Origin: Cyanobacteria bacterium J06626_4
GTDB taxonomy: Bacteria; Cyanobacteriota; Cyanobacteriia; Phormidesmidales; Phormidesmidaceae
Reading direction: 5' to 3'
Assembly (NCBI GenBank): GCA_038523235.1
Contig: JBCBJQ010000076.1
Location: forward strand, 1 to 27,762
DNA: 27,762 bases
Both the position numbers and the translations under genes were made by a program. Each line of letters starts with the position of its first letter. Within the stretch, counting starts at the first letter, position 1. The notes beneath the pieces are model-generated. The model saw nothing but the letters and a program-made list of their open reading frames with translations. It did not search any database and was not told the origin of the DNA. This document shows positions 26,910-27,762 of this stretch, piece by piece.

Positions 26910-26936
26910 TTCGCGCCCGTCTCCAGGCAACGTGCC

Positions 26937-27578
26937 TCAGTAATCAGTCGCATCGGTCGGTGCCATCGCAGGCTCGCGTCCGAGCAGTTCATCAGCCAGT
27001 AGCGCTAACCGCACGTCATCCCAATGGGTACCTAAAGTGTCTTCCATGCTGAGCTCTGGCCAGGCTGCTTGGAAGCGATCGTCGGCGGCCACATAATGCT
27101 GTGTCGGGTTAGGTGACTGAGCCAGCTTCACCTGAGCCTCTGCAGGCAGCATCTCATGCTGACAGCCTAAGCACTGTAGCGATTCTGCACTCAGCGTCAG
27201 CAGCAAACGATGGAGTAGGGTGTTGGCGATCGCTAGCTTTTGCGGATCAGTTAGCCGCTGCCAATCATCATTCGGCCCACTCGCATAGCCTTCAACGAGC
27301 TGATAAAACCAGCTGACCTGCAGACCGTGGTGTAAAAGATGTGGCTCGATCTCCCGCTCTAAAGATTGGAGTACCTGGTCTTGAGAGGAATGAGACAGCG
27401 GCTTAGCCGGCAAGCCATCCAAACGATGTCCGATAGGCAGCAATGGTGCTGTGTCTGAGCCAGCTCTAGTCGGCTGACTAACGACCAAACACATCAATAA
27501 TCCATACAAAATCTTCCTGCCAGCGGCGTTAAACCGGCGTGATGGAGCTTTTCTTGCCAACATACTGACCTCCGACAA
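26937..27578 (-). CDS. Hypothetical protein, possible signal peptide
   Basis: 213-aa ORF with a basic N-region, hydrophobic stretch ILYGLLMCLVV and a PTRA|G cleavage-like site. AT-rich upstream region; no recognised domain. Confidence 0.55.
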   Translation of the reverse strand: MSEVSMLARKAPSRRFNAAGRKILYGLLMCLVVSQPTRAGSDTAPLLPIGHRLDGLPAKPLSHSSQDQVLQSLEREIEPHLLHHGLQVSWFYQLVEGYASGPNDDWQRLTDPQKLAIANTLLHRLLLTLSAESLQCLGCQHEMLPAEAQVKLAQSPNPTQHYVAADDRFQAAWPELSMEDTLGTHWDDVRLALLADELLGREPAMAPTDATDY

Positions 27579-27762
27579 GACTCTAGAGCAACACAGTATT
27601 CAAATACTATAGTTCAATTGTATTAAGTCAACCATCATGCTGATTTGTTGTAATACGCTTGTAATCTTTTTTCATATCTAGTGCAGCCAAGTTTGAATTT
27701 ATGCGTCCTCAAAATTGAAGAGCAGGTGTCTTGTTTGGACGAGCATCTTGCCCGTTTGCCCG

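Noticed and set aside
1..27762. CRISPR array, rRNA, tRNA, intI or transposase gene
   Set aside because: No repeat-spacer periodicity, recognisable RNA gene, tyrosine recombinase or DDE/HUH motif was seen.
1..27762. Frequent GCGATCGC octamers as a novel repeat
   Set aside because: This is the well-known cyanobacterial HIP1 sequence.

Overview
Cyanobacterial chromosomal segment, judged from the frequent HIP1 octamer GCGATCGC, a Psb35-like gene and a group-2 sigma factor. Left part: XRE-family HTH gene, fumC, a MITE with target-site duplication, a divergent LexA, a MocR/GntR regulator, a GlsB/YeaQ membrane protein, a group-2 sigma factor, Psb35, a multi-PAS hybrid histidine kinase and a Maa-like acetyltransferase. 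Right part: an iron/metal cluster (atypical P1B-ATPase with an HMA2-type partner, TonB, ExbBD, FecC/D/E-type ABC components, ferritin-like protein), an unannotated 38-aa ORF, pip and a hypothetical gene. The most notable feature is at 13194-14950 on the minus strand. It is an integron-type array with no integrase gene in the window: an attI-like site, cassette 1 (decaying unknown ORF plus a near-canonical 91-bp attC) and cassette 2 (alpha/beta hydrolase plus a degenerate attC). The final crossover lies at the maa stop codon. All calls come from reading the sequence; no searches were run.
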